In this document: piece after piece, positions 63,866 to 64,000 of the stretch
Position numbering within the stretch: the first letter of the stretch is position 1
How the letters are laid out: each line of letters opens with the position of its first letter
Source: Trichoplax sp. H2
Lineage: Eukaryota
Direction of reading: 5' to 3'
NCBI GenBank assembly: GCA_003344405.1
Contig: NOWV01000017.1
Location: forward strand, 682,001 to 746,000
DNA length: 64,000 nt
The notes under the pieces: generated by a model
Database searches by the model: none
What the model was told of the DNA's origin: nothing
What the model saw: the letters and a program-made list of their open reading frames with translations, nothing else
Position numbers and translations under genes: made by a program

Positions 63866-64000
63866 CTATAAAAATTGAACAGAAAAATCTTGTTGGTATA
63901 AATACTTAATATAATTTTATACCACGAAGAATTCGATGTGATAAATTTGTTATACAAGGTACAAGTAAGTATAAGAATTTTTTTTACTTAGTAACGATAG

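Overview
AT-rich, gene-dense eukaryotic (animal) genomic DNA with many short (~70-150 nt) GT-AG introns. The architecture and the TACAG/CTGTA-rich intergenic sequence suggest a compact early-branching metazoan, most likely a placozoan such as Trichoplax (inference). I reconstructed eleven protein-coding genes by hand: PCYT2(+), intronless IQCB1/NPHP5(+), ATAD5(-), RPTOR(+), folate-receptor-family paralog A(+), ERCC6/CSB(-), endonuclease IV/APN1(+), probable TEDC2(-), NOL11(+), folate-receptor-family paralog B(-), and the 3' part of DCTN5(-). I found no rRNA, tRNA, CRISPR array or intact transposase. The most notable observations are: two intronless 12-Cys folate-receptor-like genes, predicted GPI-anchored, that bracket a ~26 kb block; a 3 x ~200 bp tandem repeat in the shared ERCC6/EndoIV promoter; two U12-type intron candidates and one GC-AG intron; RFX X-box motifs; promoter-associated TACAG/CTGTA arrays; hairpins sharing a TGGACTAC core; and apparent ancient linkage of genes found on human chr17 and 16p. 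I cannot support a claim of a clearly new biological system; the findings are ranked leads. Exon boundaries were read by eye and gene names come from recalled family motifs, not database searches.
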